Shown piece after piece: positions 36,850-49,162 of a stretch of DNA of 64,000 bases. Made by a program: the position numbers and the translations under genes. The stretch lies in assembly GCA_900551105.1 (NCBI GenBank), contig URUT01000001.1, positions 857-64,856 on the forward strand, written 5' to 3'. The first letter of the stretch is position 1. The number at the start of each line of letters is the position of its first letter. Source of the DNA: an uncultured Mycoplasmatota bacterium (lineage in GTDB: Bacteria; Bacillota_I; Bacilli_A; RF39; UBA660). Under the pieces are notes generated by a model that ran no database searches, was not told the DNA's origin, and saw only the letters and a list, made by a program, of their open reading frames with translations.

Positions 36850-37455
36850 ATGAAAAATAAAAGCTTATCAATCATTCTTCTTTTGAGTGTGTTCGTAGTA
36901 ATAACTAGTGTTATTTTCTTAAAAAAATATATTAGTGAAACTTTAGTAGAAGCCAAATGGAACGAAAAAGAGGACGCCATGTTAGCAATTACAATAAATG
37001 GTGAAGAAGTAGATAGTTTTCCAACTACGGCAGGATATGTAGGTAAAGTTACTTGCACAAAGGGAACAGGAAGTGCTTCCTGGAACGGTACCAAGTGATT
37101 ATTTAGCGTAACAAGTATTACCAAAAATAAAACTAGATGTAATATAGATTTCAGCGTGCCAACACTAAGAGAGGCAATTTTAAATGCAAATGCTATATCA
37201 TCTCCTTCAACAACGCCAGGAACTAAAGCCTCAGCATCTACAGAAAGCATATTAGCAAGTGCTTCTGATGATTATGGAACGAACTATTATTTTAGAGGAG
37301 TAGTTACTAATAACTATGTAGAATATGCCAATATGTGCTTTCGAATCATAAGAATTACTGGAAACGGTGCAGTTAAATTAACATTATATAATTATAATGG
37401 ACTAACAGATAGTAATACAGTGCCAAGCAGCACTACACCTTGTAATGTAACTTAG
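36850..37455 (+). pseudogene. degenerate paralog family member C: in-frame TGA replaces a conserved Trp codon, and the reading frame ends early
   Basis: One reading frame runs 36850-37455. The conserved SKW (TGG) of copies A and B is TGA at 37096-37098 here (GTK*LFSVT). Beyond it the frame still encodes family blocks (YGTNYYFRGVVTNNYVEYANMCFRIIRITGNGAVKLTLYNYNGLTDSN), then stops at PCNVT, where A and B continue for more than 250 aa. Its promoter is degraded (see 30951 feature). Confidence 0.65.
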
Positions 37456-37536
37456 GAGCATTTAATCCTAAGTTTTTTAATTTATCCTTTTAATTATTAA
37501 GTAAAAATAGTATAATACCTAAAGGAAGTGGTGCAA

Positions 37537-39255
37537 ATGAATATCATATTAAAAATAGAAAATATTTTAAATGAAGCAGGATATGCTGGTGCTAAAATAA
37601 ATGTTAGTAATCGTCCAGACTTAGGCGACTATCAATTTAATGGAGCCTTTACTTTAGCTAAAGAACTTCACAAAAGCCCTATGGTAATCGCGGACGAAAT
37701 AGTTAGTAAACTAGAAAATAACCAAGCCTTTAAAAAAGTAACTAATGCCGGTGGGTTTGTTAATTTAACACTAAGTGATGAATTCTTAAGTGAATATTTA
37801 AATGAAATAATTGCTGACTTTAAAGTAAACACTTATCATGTTGATACTAATGAAACTATCTTTTTAGATTACGGTGGTGCCAACGTTGCTAAAGCTCTTC
37901 ATGTTGGTCACTTACGTAGTCCAAATATTGGTGAAGCCCTAAAAAGACTTTGTGAAGCAGTAGGATATAAAACCATTAGTGATGTACACTTTGGCGACTG
38001 GGGTAGACCAATGGGATTAATCATTTGTGAAATTTACCATCGCTATCCAAACTTAGACTTTTTTAATCCTGATTTAGAAAGTTACCCAAAAGAGTGTCCT
38101 GTTTCTTTAAATGACCTATATGAAATTTATCCACTAGCAAGCACTAAAGCAAAAGAAGATGAAACTTACTTAGAAGAAGCTCGCACCTTTACTAAGAAAC
38201 TTCAAGATAAAGAAAAAGGAATTTATGATTTATACGAAACATTTACTAAACTATCAATAGACGACATTAACGACATTTATAATCTTTTAAATGCAAAATT
38301 TGATTTATATGAAGGCGAAAAAGACGCGGATGATTATATTCCAGAACTTTTAGATTATTTAAAAAATGGTAACTTTACTGAAATAAGTAACGGTGCGACC
38401 ATTATTGATGTAAAAAAAGAAGATGACAATAAAGACATACCACCCGTTATTTTAATAAAAAGTAATGGAGGAGTGCTTTATGATACTACTGAACTTGCTA
38501 CACTATATTCAAGAGAAAAAAGATTTAAAGTAGATAAATATTTTTATTTAACTGATATTCGTCAAGAACTACACTTTGTTCAAGCCTTTAGAGCCGCGTA
38601 CAAAACTAAAATAGTCCCTTCAGACGTTTCTTTAGAGTGGTTTGGTTTTGGAACAATGAACGGCCCAGATGGCAAACCTTTTAAAACAAGAGACGGCGGC
38701 TTAATGAGCTTAAGAGAACTTATTTCCGTAGTTCAAAATGAAACTAGAAAAGTTATTAAAGACAATATTCAAGAAGAAGACAAAGATGCTCTAGCCCTTA
38801 AACTAGCAATTGCCGCTATTAAATACGCTGATTTATTACCAAATAGAACTAGTGACTACATTTTTGACCCTATAAAATTTAGTGATATTAATGGTAAAAC
38901 AGGTACATATCTTTTATATAGTACAGTAAGAATGAAATCTTTATTAGAAAAAGCTGGCAGCGTATCTTTTAACTACCATTATATAACAAGTGAGTTTGAA
39001 AGAAATATTATCCTAAATTTAATTAATTTAAGGAGCACTATGGAAAAATCTTGGACAAGTAGATCGCTTAATGAAATTTGTGAGTATTTATATCGTCTAA
39101 CAAGCTCATTTAACGCCTTTTATAGTAACCAAGAAATTCTTAGTGAACAAAATAAAGAATCTAAAGAAAGCTACTTAGCATTAACTAAACTAGTATATGA
39201 TACCAATAAATATTTATTAAACATCTTAGCAATAGATGTTCCTGATAAAATCTAA
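37537..39255 (+). CDS. argS: arginine--tRNA ligase
   Basis: ArgS N-terminal anticodon-binding-like domain, HIGH-class motif ANVAKALHVGHLRS and a C-terminal DALR domain, in a 572-aa ORF. Confidence 0.9.
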   Translation: MNIILKIENILNEAGYAGAKINVSNRPDLGDYQFNGAFTLAKELHKSPMVIADEIVSKLENNQAFKKVTNAGGFVNLTLSDEFLSEYLNEIIADFKVNTYHVDTNETIFLDYGGANVAKALHVGHLRSPNIGEALKRLCEAVGYKTISDVHFGDWGRPMGLIICEIYHRYPNLDFFNPDLESYPKECPVSLNDLYEIYPLASTKAKEDETYLEEARTFTKKLQDKEKGIYDLYETFTKLSIDDINDIYNLLNAKFDLYEGEKDADDYIPELLDYLKNGNFTEISNGATIIDVKKEDDNKDIPPVILIKSNGGVLYDTTELATLYSREKRFKVDKYFYLTDIRQELHFVQAFRAAYKTKIVPSDVSLEWFGFGTMNGPDGKPFKTRDGGLMSLRELISVVQNETRKVIKDNIQEEDKDALALKLAIAAIKYADLLPNRTSDYIFDPIKFSDINGKTGTYLLYSTVRMKSLLEKAGSVSFNYHYITSEFERNIILNLINLRSTMEKSWTSRSLNEICEYLYRLTSSFNAFYSNQEILSEQNKESKESYLALTKLVYDTNKYLLNILAIDVPDKI

Positions 39256-39327
39256 AAAAAAGACAAAGAAGATAAACTTTTTTGTCTCTACTCAAAAAAG
39301 GAAAGTGCCATAGCGGACTTTCTTTTT

Positions 39328-39525
39328 TTAGATATTGTTATTGTTGTTATTACCCCAAGACCATCCAGCGCCGATTATAATAACTAGTAAGATAAATAGA
39401 ACAATCCATAGTGCTGCTCCTAATCCGTATCCTTGAGTATTTCCAACATATCCTCCGTTATAACATGGGCTATAAGGTGCACCATAAGAACCATTATAAC
39501 CACCATTGTATCCGTAGTAATACAT
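39328..39525 (-). CDS. YjcZ-family small sporulation membrane protein (Gly/Tyr-rich)
   Basis: Sequence MYYYGYNGGYNGSYGAPYSPCYNGGYVGNTQGYGLGAALWIVLFILLVIIIGAGWSW has a Gly/Tyr-rich N-terminus and a single TM, like B. subtilis YjcZ-type tiny proteins. Confidence 0.55.
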   Translation of the reverse strand: MYYYGYNGGYNGSYGAPYSPCYNGGYVGNTQGYGLGAALWIVLFILLVIIIGAGWSWGNNNNNNI

Positions 39526-39658
39526 ATAAATACCTCCTTTGTATCTATTATAGTTTACTCAATTGGGTTAGAAGATGTTAATATTTTTTTCTAAAAAATG
39601 TAAATAAGGCTTTAATGTAAAACAAGTGTATGATATAATTTTTCATAGGGTGATAATT

Positions 39659-40207
39659 ATGTTTGGATACATAACAGGTATGGTTAAATATGTTACATCA
39701 AACCATATAATAATTGATAATAATGATATTGGCTATATTATTTATACGCCAAATCCATATACATACGAAATTGGAGGAAAGTATACAGTTTATACTTATC
39801 AAAATATAACAGAAACTGAAAACGCTCTTTATGGTTTTACTAGTATGGAAGAAAAAGAACTTTTTTTAAGATTAATTAGCGTTAAAGGCTTAGGACCAAA
39901 AACTGCACTTCCAATGTTTGCATCCGGTTCAGTAAGTGGTATTGTAGATGCAATTGACAGGGAAAATATTTTGTATTTAACTAAATTTCCTAAAGTTGGT
40001 GATAAACTGGCTCGTCAAATTATTTTAGATTTAAAAGGCAAACTAAGCGCTAGCGTAGCAAATACAAACTCAAATGATGAACTAGTTGAGGTTCTATTAA
40101 ATTTAGGATACAAGCAAGCAGATATAAAGAAAGTATTACCTAAAGTTGATATGACTCTAAGTATTGAAAATCAAATTAAGGAAGCATTAAAATTAATGTT
40201 GAGGTAG
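39659..40207 (+). CDS. ruvA: Holliday junction DNA helicase subunit RuvA
   Basis: MFGYITGMVKY...IIDNNDIGYIIYTP, then HhH region LISVKGLGPKTALPM and a C-terminal domain. RBS AGGGTGA precedes ATG 39659. Confidence 0.85.
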   Translation: MFGYITGMVKYVTSNHIIIDNNDIGYIIYTPNPYTYEIGGKYTVYTYQNITETENALYGFTSMEEKELFLRLISVKGLGPKTALPMFASGSVSGIVDAIDRENILYLTKFPKVGDKLARQIILDLKGKLSASVANTNSNDELVEVLLNLGYKQADIKKVLPKVDMTLSIENQIKEALKLMLR

Positions 40208-40210
40208 AAA

Positions 40211-40774
40211 ATGGTTATAGGAATAGATATTGATGAAACAATAACAAATACACACGAAGCTGCTGAAAAATATATTTTAAAGTATGCTCCAGAGTTAATT
40301 AATGAAGACTACTGTGAAATCAAAAGTGATAAGATGCAAAAGTTTTTAGATACACATATAACAGATATCCAAAGTAATTTAACTTTAAAAAAAGGCGTTA
40401 AAGAAGCTATTGATAGATTAGTAAGTCATGGCTGTAAGATAGTTATTATTACTGCAAGAGGGTACAATTTAGATTATGACTATCAAATGTTATCTGAAAA
40501 AGTACTTAAAGAAAATGATATTCATTATGATGAAATATATTATAAGCAGCATGATAAAGGAAGCATGGCCGCAAAAGCAAAAGTAGACTATTTTATAGAT
40601 GATAAAGAAAGAGTTTTAGATGAGGTAAGTTCCTTTAATATTAAAACTATTTATTACGTTCCTGATAAAAGCAAGGTAACATCTAAACATTTAGTATTTG
40701 ATGACTGGCAAGAAATTGCTGACTACATAATAAAGGCAGGTGAAGAAAGTGGAAGAAAGAGTAATCACAACTGA
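40211..40774 (+). CDS. HAD-superfamily 5'(3')-deoxyribonucleotidase-like protein (NT5C / YorS family)
   Basis: HAD motif [12 protein letters not shown], motif II IIITAR and motif [11 protein letters not shown] in a 187-aa ORF. It is inserted between ruvA and ruvB, and a paralog is at 61050. Confidence 0.55.
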   Translation: MVIGIDIDETITNTHEAAEKYILKYAPELINEDYCEIKSDKMQKFLDTHITDIQSNLTLKKGVKEAIDRLVSHGCKIVIITARGYNLDYDYQMLSEKVLKENDIHYDEIYYKQHDKGSMAAKAKVDYFIDDKERVLDEVSSFNIKTIYYVPDKSKVTSKHLVFDDWQEIADYIIKAGEESGRKSNHN

Positions 40775-41741
40775 AGAGTTACCAAGTGATAGTTTTGAAG
40801 AAACTCTAAGACCCCAAGTTTTAGATGAATATATAGGTCAAAATGAGGTCAAAGAAAATATCAGAGTTTTTGTAGAAGCTGCAAAGATGCGTGATGAAGC
40901 ATTAGACCATGTTTTACTTTATGGGTCTCCTGGCTTAGGAAAAACTACGTTAGCTCATATTATCGCAAACGAACTTGGTACAAATATTAAAACAACCACT
41001 GGGCCTTCTCTAGAAAAAAGCGGTGATTTAGCCGCGGTCCTATCAAATCTAGAACCAGGCGATGTTTTATTTATTGATGAAATCCATCGCATTCCCAAAT
41101 TCATAGAAGAAATTTTATATCCTGCTATGGAAGACTTTGAATTAGATATTGTAATTGGCTCAGAAGGATCAAGTAGAAGTATCAAAATTGATTTGCCTCC
41201 CTTTACCTTAGTAGGAGCTACAACAAGAGCTGGTGATATTTCCGCACCTTTGCGTGATCGTTTTGGTATTGTATCAAAACTTAATTATTATACAGACGAA
41301 GAGCTTCAAAAAATCATTAAAAGAACCAGCCGAGTTTTAAATATGAAGATTAATGATGAAGCCGCAAGTGAATTATCAAAACGTAGTCGTAAAACGCCAA
41401 GAATCGCTAACCGTCTATTTAAAAGAGTTAGAGACTTTGCCCAAGTTAAAGGCTTAGATGAAATAGATTTAGAAACAACGATGGAATCCCTTGACAGGCT
41501 AAAAGTAGATAAATATGGATTAGATCAAATTGATATAGAATATCTAGAAAGTTTGATTTATAAATTTAATGGTGGACCAGTAGGTGTAGAAACCATCGCT
41601 TCCTCAATTGGTGAAGAAGTATCAACTCTAGAAGATGTTGTAGAACCATATCTTATGCAAGAAGGCTTTTTAAAAAGAACCCCTAGAGGAAGAATGGCCA
41701 CTGATAAAAGCTATAACCATATAAAGGGAGGTATGTTATAA
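40749..41741 (+). CDS. ruvB: Holliday junction DNA helicase RuvB
   Basis: Walker [12 protein letters not shown], Walker B LFIDEIHR and sensor / arginine-finger motifs. Probable GTG start at 40749 after RBS AGGTGA; the frame is open from 40740. Confidence 0.9.
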   Translation: MEERVITTEELPSDSFEETLRPQVLDEYIGQNEVKENIRVFVEAAKMRDEALDHVLLYGSPGLGKTTLAHIIANELGTNIKTTTGPSLEKSGDLAAVLSNLEPGDVLFIDEIHRIPKFIEEILYPAMEDFELDIVIGSEGSSRSIKIDLPPFTLVGATTRAGDISAPLRDRFGIVSKLNYYTDEELQKIIKRTSRVLNMKINDEAASELSKRSRKTPRIANRLFKRVRDFAQVKGLDEIDLETTMESLDRLKVDKYGLDQIDIEYLESLIYKFNGGPVGVETIASSIGEEVSTLEDVVEPYLMQEGFLKRTPRGRMATDKSYNHIKGGML

Positions 41742-42973
41742 TGGACAAAAAAATAGCTAAAGCTTTAAGAAACGAAGCACTAAGACAAGAAAATAATATA
41801 GAATTAATTGCCAGTGAAAACTATGTATCAAAAGATATTTTAAAATTACAAGGAAGCATCTTAACTAATAAATATGCTGAAGGATATCCTGGGAAAAAAT
41901 ACTATGGTGGCTGTGAAAATGTTGATGTCATTGAAAATCTCGCAATTGAATACGCAAAAAAATTATTTAAAGCCAAATATGCTAATGTTCAGCCACATTC
42001 TGGTGCTAATGCGAACTTAGCAGTTTATAAAGCTCTACTAAATGTTGGTGATAAAGTGCTGGGAATGGACCTATCAAACGGTGGACATTTAACCCACGGG
42101 CATCCAATGAATATTAGCGGTAAAGAATACGATATCGTAAGTTATACAGTAGACAAAACAACTGAATTAATTGATTATAATGAAGTAAGAAATATTGCTT
42201 TAAGAGAAAAACCAAAAATGATTATTGCCGGTGCCAGTGCATATTCAAGAATTATTGACTTTACCAAATTTAAAGAAATTGCTGATGAAGTAGGAGCATA
42301 CCTTTGGGTAGATATGGCTCATATTGCTGGCTTAGTAGCAGCCGGTCTTCATCCATCACCAGTAGGTGTAGCTGATATTGTTACTACGACAACACATAAA
42401 ACTTTAAGAGGCCCAAGAGGTGGTTTAATCCTAACTAACGATGAAGAAATTGCTAAAAAAATCGATAAAATAATTTTCCCTGGTTTACAAGGGGGACCGC
42501 TTATGCATGTTGTAGCTGCTAAAGCTCAGTGCTTTGCTGAAGCCATGGAGCCGGAATTTAAAGAATACATTCTTGATGTAACTAAAAATGCCAAAGCCCT
42601 AGCAAAAACTCTTCAAAACGAAGGAATAAAAGTAATATCAGGAGGTACTGACAATCATTTAATGCTAATAGATGTAAAAAGTGCATTTAACATAACTGGT
42701 AGTGAAGCTGAAAAAATCTTAGATAGTATCAATATAACGACTAACAAAAATACTATACCAAATGAAACTGAAAGTGCTTTAAAAGCATCAGGATTAAGAC
42801 TAGGAACTCCTGCCATGACCACAAGAGGTTTTAAAGAAGCAGAATTTATTAAAGTCGGTCAAATAATTAGTAGTGCTCTAAAAAATAGGGATGATGAAAA
42901 TATTTTACAAGAATTAAAAAAAGAAGTATTAGAACTAACTTCAAAGTATCCAATTTATAGAAAGGAAAAGTAG
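41741..42973 (+). CDS. glyA: serine hydroxymethyltransferase
   Basis: SHMT motifs ([11 protein letters not shown]-Lys region [14 protein letters not shown]) in a 410-aa ORF. Confidence 0.9.
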   Translation: MDKKIAKALRNEALRQENNIELIASENYVSKDILKLQGSILTNKYAEGYPGKKYYGGCENVDVIENLAIEYAKKLFKAKYANVQPHSGANANLAVYKALLNVGDKVLGMDLSNGGHLTHGHPMNISGKEYDIVSYTVDKTTELIDYNEVRNIALREKPKMIIAGASAYSRIIDFTKFKEIADEVGAYLWVDMAHIAGLVAAGLHPSPVGVADIVTTTTHKTLRGPRGGLILTNDEEIAKKIDKIIFPGLQGGPLMHVVAAKAQCFAEAMEPEFKEYILDVTKNAKALAKTLQNEGIKVISGGTDNHLMLIDVKSAFNITGSEAEKILDSINITTNKNTIPNETESALKASGLRLGTPAMTTRGFKEAEFIKVGQIISSALKNRDDENILQELKKEVLELTSKYPIYRKEK

Positions 42974-42974
42974 T

Positions 42975-43874
42975 ATGACTAAATGGGATAAAGAATATAT
43001 AAAATTATGTAAAAAAATCTTAAGTGAGGGAGTAGAAGTAGAAAATAGAACTGGTACAAACACTATTAAATTACCATCATATCACTTACATTTTGACCTG
43101 CAAGAAGAATTTCCAGTACTTACAACTAAACAACTATACTTTAAAAAAGCCATCCTTGAAATGTTATGGATCTACCAAGTTCAAAGTAACGATGTAAGAT
43201 GGCTTCAAGAAAGAGACATTCACATTTGGGATGAATGGGAAATTAGTGAAGAAGGTCTTTGGAAAGCAACGCAAAACGTTCCCGTAAATGGAAAATACGT
43301 AAAAAAAGAAATAGTTAAAGAATTTCCCAAAGAATATGCTCACACAATTGGTACAGCTTATGGCTATATAACAAATAAATTTCAAATGACACAAAATCTA
43401 ATTAAATCAATTAAAAATAGTCCTAACGATAGAAGAATGATTATGACTTTATGGCAAAATGATTATTTAGAAACAGCAGTCTTACCATCATGTGTATGGT
43501 CAAGTGAATGGGATGTAACAGATGGTAAACTAAATATATGGGTTCATCAAAGAAGTGCAGATGTTCCTCTAGGCTTACCATTTAATGTTACACAGTATGC
43601 CACTCTTTTAAGCTTAATAGCTCACTGCACTGGCCTAAAACCAGGTACTATTGACTGGAGTATAAAAGATGCTCATATCTATGTAAATCAAGTTGATGGC
43701 ATCAAAGAGCAAATCAAAAGAGCCGATGAAAATCCTGACATTAAAGCTCCAACTCTATGGATTAATCCAAAAGTAACCGACTTTTTCAAAATTGATAACA
43801 GTAAAGAATTAAAAGATATTAAAATAGAAGGTTATGAGCACATGGGACCAATTAAATTCCCTATAACTCAGTAA
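42975..43874 (+). CDS. thyA: thymidylate synthase (ThyA)
   Basis: ThyA motifs (RTGTNT, active-site region LPSCVWSSEWDV / LPPCH-like, HQRSADV) in a 299-aa ORF. Confidence 0.85.
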   Translation: MTKWDKEYIKLCKKILSEGVEVENRTGTNTIKLPSYHLHFDLQEEFPVLTTKQLYFKKAILEMLWIYQVQSNDVRWLQERDIHIWDEWEISEEGLWKATQNVPVNGKYVKKEIVKEFPKEYAHTIGTAYGYITNKFQMTQNLIKSIKNSPNDRRMIMTLWQNDYLETAVLPSCVWSSEWDVTDGKLNIWVHQRSADVPLGLPFNVTQYATLLSLIAHCTGLKPGTIDWSIKDAHIYVNQVDGIKEQIKRADENPDIKAPTLWINPKVTDFFKIDNSKELKDIKIEGYEHMGPIKFPITQ

Positions 43875-43881
43875 AAATATT

Positions 43882-44370
43882 ATGAATAATTTAAGTATGA
43901 TTGCTGCAATCGGCAAAAATAATGAACTAGGTTATGAAAACAAACTTCTTTGGCATCTAAAAGAAGATATGCAGTTTTTTAGAAAAACTACAACTGGTAA
44001 AACTATAATTATGGGTAGAAAAACTTTTGAAAGCCTGCCAGGACTGCTTCCTAAAAGAAAACATATTATTATAACTAGTAACCAAAACTATCAAAATAAT
44101 GACGTTATTATCATGCACAGCGTAGATGAAGTAATTAGTTATATTCAAAATACTCAGGAAGAATGCTTTATAATTGGTGGTGGTAAAGTTTATAAAGAGT
44201 TTTTACCATTTGCTCATACTCTTTATTTAACCGAAATAGAAGACTCTAAAAGGGCTGATACCTTCTTTCCCGTATTTTCAAAAGATGATTATCACAAAGA
44301 AATTTTAGGTTCATCAAGCGAAAATAATATTAATTATAGCTTTGCAAAATATACAAAGAAATCAAACTAG
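43882..44370 (+). CDS. folA: dihydrofolate reductase
   Basis: DHFR motifs (MIAAIGKNNELG, LLWHLKEDMQFFRKTT.GK.IIMGRKTFESL, FIIGGGKVY) in a 162-aa ORF, immediately after thyA. Confidence 0.85.
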   Translation: MNNLSMIAAIGKNNELGYENKLLWHLKEDMQFFRKTTTGKTIIMGRKTFESLPGLLPKRKHIIITSNQNYQNNDVIIMHSVDEVISYIQNTQEECFIIGGGKVYKEFLPFAHTLYLTEIEDSKRADTFFPVFSKDDYHKEILGSSSENNINYSFAKYTKKSN

Positions 44371-44422
44371 CATTTTTCCTCCTTTTGTGGTATGATACTA
44401 TATCACAAAGGGGGAAATTTTT

Positions 44423-44821
44423 ATGTGTAAAGAAGGACCGTATGAACTCTTAGTTCCAAAATTAGTTTGGATAGATAAATTATTAAGAACAAAAGGTAAT
44501 GTTGATATGCGTGTCAGATGGAATAGTCATAAGCAGCTTAAAACTATGCCTGGAAACATCATTCTAAAATTAACTTTTCATATAGACTATCTAACTCGTA
44601 GAGTAAATGATGAATACGAAAGAGCAAATAGAATTATCAGCATAATGTTTGCTTTTACAAGAATTTCACCAAAACTATATTTTGCAACCGATGAAGAACT
44701 TTACAATTTAGAAGAAGAACTAATCTATAAAAGAGTAGAAGACTATCCCGATGAAGCTGGAATAATTTCTATACTAGGAAAAATAAAAGAAGCATCTAAA
44801 GAGAGTAAAAACACCCTTTAG
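44423..44821 (+). CDS. hypothetical protein
   Basis: 132-aa ORF with no recognisable motif. Confidence 0.3.
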   Translation: MCKEGPYELLVPKLVWIDKLLRTKGNVDMRVRWNSHKQLKTMPGNIILKLTFHIDYLTRRVNDEYERANRIISIMFAFTRISPKLYFATDEELYNLEEELIYKRVEDYPDEAGIISILGKIKEASKESKNTL

Positions 44822-44882
44822 ATTTTTTCTTTGATTGACAAACAAACTGCTTTAATAGTATGATTTATAAGGAAGTGTTACA

Positions 44883-45908
44883 ATGAAAACAGAAGATTTT
44901 GATTATTATTTACCAAAAGAATTAATTGCTCAAACCCCACTAGCAAAAAGAGATGAAAGTCGTCTTTTAGTAATGGACAGAGTAACTGGAAAGTTATCTC
45001 ACGAATATTTTTATGATGTAATAAATTACTTAAATAAAGGTGATGCTTTAGTAATAAATGATACAAAAGTAATTCCTGCAAGAATCATTGGTATTAAAGA
45101 AGAAACTGATGCAGTAATTGAATTACTTCTTTTAAATCCTGAAGCAAAAGATATCTGGAAATGCCTAGCAAAACCCCAAAAAAGATTAAAACAAGACACT
45201 ATTATCAGCTTTGGTGAAGGTTTATTAAAAGCTAAGGTAAAAGCTATCAAAGAAGATGGTATAACCGAAGTAGAGTTAATTTATGATGGAATTTTAATGG
45301 AAATCTTAGAAAAATTAGGAACAATGCCACTACCACCATATATTCATGAAAAATTAGAAGATAAAGACATGTACCAAACTGTTTATGCAAGAGAATATGG
45401 CTCAGCAGCAGCTCCTACGGCTGGCTTACACTTTACCGAGAAACTTCTTAAACAAATAGAAGAAAAAGGTATAAAAATAGTACATATTACTCTTCATGTT
45501 GGCCTAGGGACCTTTAGACCAGTAAGTGTAGAAGATGTAACTAAACACGTCATGCATAAAGAACATTATATAATAACTAAAGAAGCCGCAAATACTCTAA
45601 ATGAAATTAAAGAAAATGGCGGCAAAATCTATGCAGTAGGCACAACCAGTGTCCGAACTCTAGAAACAAATTTAGAAAAACATTCAAAGTTTACCGCTGA
45701 GGTAGGAGATACTAGTATATTCATCTATCCAGGTTTTAAATTTAAAGCAATAGATGGACTAATTACTAACTTTCATCTACCAAAGAGTACCCTTGTAATG
45801 TTAGTATCAGCTTTTTCTAGTAAAGAAAATATTTTAAATGCCTATGAAGAAGCAGTAAAACAAAAATATCGTTTCTTTAGTTTTGGCGATGCCATGTTAA
45901 TCAAATAG
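44883..45908 (+). CDS. queA: S-adenosylmethionine:tRNA ribosyltransferase-isomerase
   Basis: QueA N-terminus [25 protein letters not shown] and the conserved core, in a 341-aa ORF. Confidence 0.9.
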   Translation: MKTEDFDYYLPKELIAQTPLAKRDESRLLVMDRVTGKLSHEYFYDVINYLNKGDALVINDTKVIPARIIGIKEETDAVIELLLLNPEAKDIWKCLAKPQKRLKQDTIISFGEGLLKAKVKAIKEDGITEVELIYDGILMEILEKLGTMPLPPYIHEKLEDKDMYQTVYAREYGSAAAPTAGLHFTEKLLKQIEEKGIKIVHITLHVGLGTFRPVSVEDVTKHVMHKEHYIITKEAANTLNEIKENGGKIYAVGTTSVRTLETNLEKHSKFTAEVGDTSIFIYPGFKFKAIDGLITNFHLPKSTLVMLVSAFSSKENILNAYEEAVKQKYRFFSFGDAMLIK

Positions 45909-45919
45909 TAAGGAAGTGA

Positions 45920-47327
<1,408 letters not shown>

Positions 47328-47403
47328 ACATCTTTTTTTCACACTTTACATATTCTAATATGTTAAAATATAGTTACCAAAAAAATAAAAAAGGACGTGA
47401 TAA

Positions 47404-49162
47404 ATTGTTAAAACTATTTAAAAACTTTAAAGCAAAAGAATATTTTGCAATGTTACTATGTGTAGCATTTGTTGTCTTAGAAGTTTGGCTAGACTTAAAA
47501 ATTCCCGATTATATGTCTAAAATAACCATGTTAGTACAAACTCCAGGCAGTGCCATGAAAGACATCTTAATAAATGGTGGTAAGATGCTTCTTTGCGCAG
47601 GTGGATCACTTTTAGGTGCCGTAGTAGTAGGCTATTTTGCTGCTTATATTTCAGCGTCATTTTCAAAAATTACTAGAGAAAAACTATTTAAAAAAGTTGA
47701 AGACTTTAGTTTAGATGAAATGAAAAAATTTAAAGCAAGTAGTCTTATTACTAGAACAACTAACGATATTACCAACGTAGAAATGTTTTTAGCAATTGGC
47801 TTACAAATGATTATTAAGGCACCAATAACTGCTGTTTGGGCAATACTTAAAATTCTAAATAAAGGCAAATGGTGGAGCTTAGCAACTGGCATAGGTGTCG
47901 TAGTACTTCTAATTATCATCGGAATTTTACTAATATTAGTATTCCCTAAATTTAAGAAAGTTCAAAAATTAATTGACGATATCAATGAACTAACTAGTGA
48001 ACAACTTAAAGGTATTAGAGTAATTAGAGCATTTAATGCTGAAAGTTATAGTGAAAGAAAATTTAATAGGGGTAACACAAATTTAACTAAACTTCAAATG
48101 TTTAACCAAAAAACAATGGGAATTCTAAACCCAGGAATATATTTAATAATGCATGGCGTATCATTATCAATTTATATAATTGGTGCTTATTTAATAAACT
48201 CAGCAAACATGCTAGATAAACTTACAATCTTCAGTAACATGGTAGTATTCTCAGCCTATGCAATGCAAGTAATATCATCATTTTTAATGCTAGCATTTAT
48301 CTTTATTTTCTATCCAAGAGCCGGTGTATCAGCAACTCGTATTAATGAAATACTAGAGGTAAATCCAACTATTAAAGACGGAAAAATTGATACACATAAT
48401 GATATTAAAGGAGTAGTAGAATTTAAAAATGTCAGCTTCAAATATCCTGACAGTGAAGAATATATTCTAGAAAATGTATCATTTAAAATAGATCAAGGAA
48501 AAACTATCGCATTTATCGGATCAACCGGTTCTGGCAAAAGTACTTTAATAAATTTAGTACCTAGATTCTATGATGCTACTAAAGGTGAAATTCTAATAGA
48601 TGGCATTAACGTTAAAGATTATTCTCTAAAAACTCTTCACGAGAAAATTGGCTATGTTCCTCAAAAAGCAATTATCTTTAACGACACGATTGAAAACAAC
48701 ATCAATTATGGCGATAGTGGTAAAAAAATCACTAAAGAAAATATTTTAAATGGTGCTAAAATTGCTGAAGCCGATGAATTTATTAGTAAAATGGAAAAAG
48801 GCTACAAATCTCATATAGCATCAGGTGGAACTAACGTTTCTGGTGGTCAAAAACAAAGAATATCTATTGCTAGAGCTCTAGCAAAAACTCCTGAAATTTT
48901 AATCTTTGACGACTCATTTAGTGCCTTAGACTATAAGACTGACTACAAACTAAGAAAAGGCCTTAAAGAAAAAATGCAAGGTATCACGACAATGATCGTA
49001 GCACAAAGAATTGGTACTATTAAAGATGCTGATTTAATTATTGTTCTAGATAATGGCAAATGCGTAGGCAAAGGAACTCATAAAGAACTACTAAAAAAAT
49101 GCAAGGTCTATAAAGAAATTGCTTACTCACAACTTTCAAAGGAGGAATTAGAAAATGCATAA
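47404..49162 (+). CDS. ABC transporter permease / ATP-binding protein (heterodimeric multidrug-exporter type, subunit 1)
   Basis: Six-TM ABC_membrane domain plus NBD (Walker A GSTGSGKST, signature SGGQKQR, Walker B ILIFDD). A TTG start at 47404 after RBS AAGGA is inferred; the ORF is open from 47318. Confidence 0.8.

Noticed and set aside
37096-37098. TGA inside paralog C as evidence of genetic code 4 (Mollicutes-style TGA=Trp)
   Set aside because: Every large gene here (dnaE 952 aa, adhesin 1335 aa, MMPL 1260 aa) is intact under code 11, Trp is encoded by TGG throughout, and several genes end at TGA. The TGA is a nonsense mutation in a decaying paralog.
37456-37536. T-box leader upstream of argS
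   Set aside because: The intergenic region is only about 80 nt and lacks a T-box sequence or any antiterminator / terminator pair. It holds an ordinary promoter and RBS only.
39328-39525. Treating the Gly/Tyr-rich 65-aa ORF as spurious low-complexity
   Set aside because: It has a clean single TM helix after the G/Y-rich head, the organisation of YjcZ-type sporulation mini-proteins, and it sits in an otherwise empty 370-bp gap. I kept it as a feature at moderate confidence.
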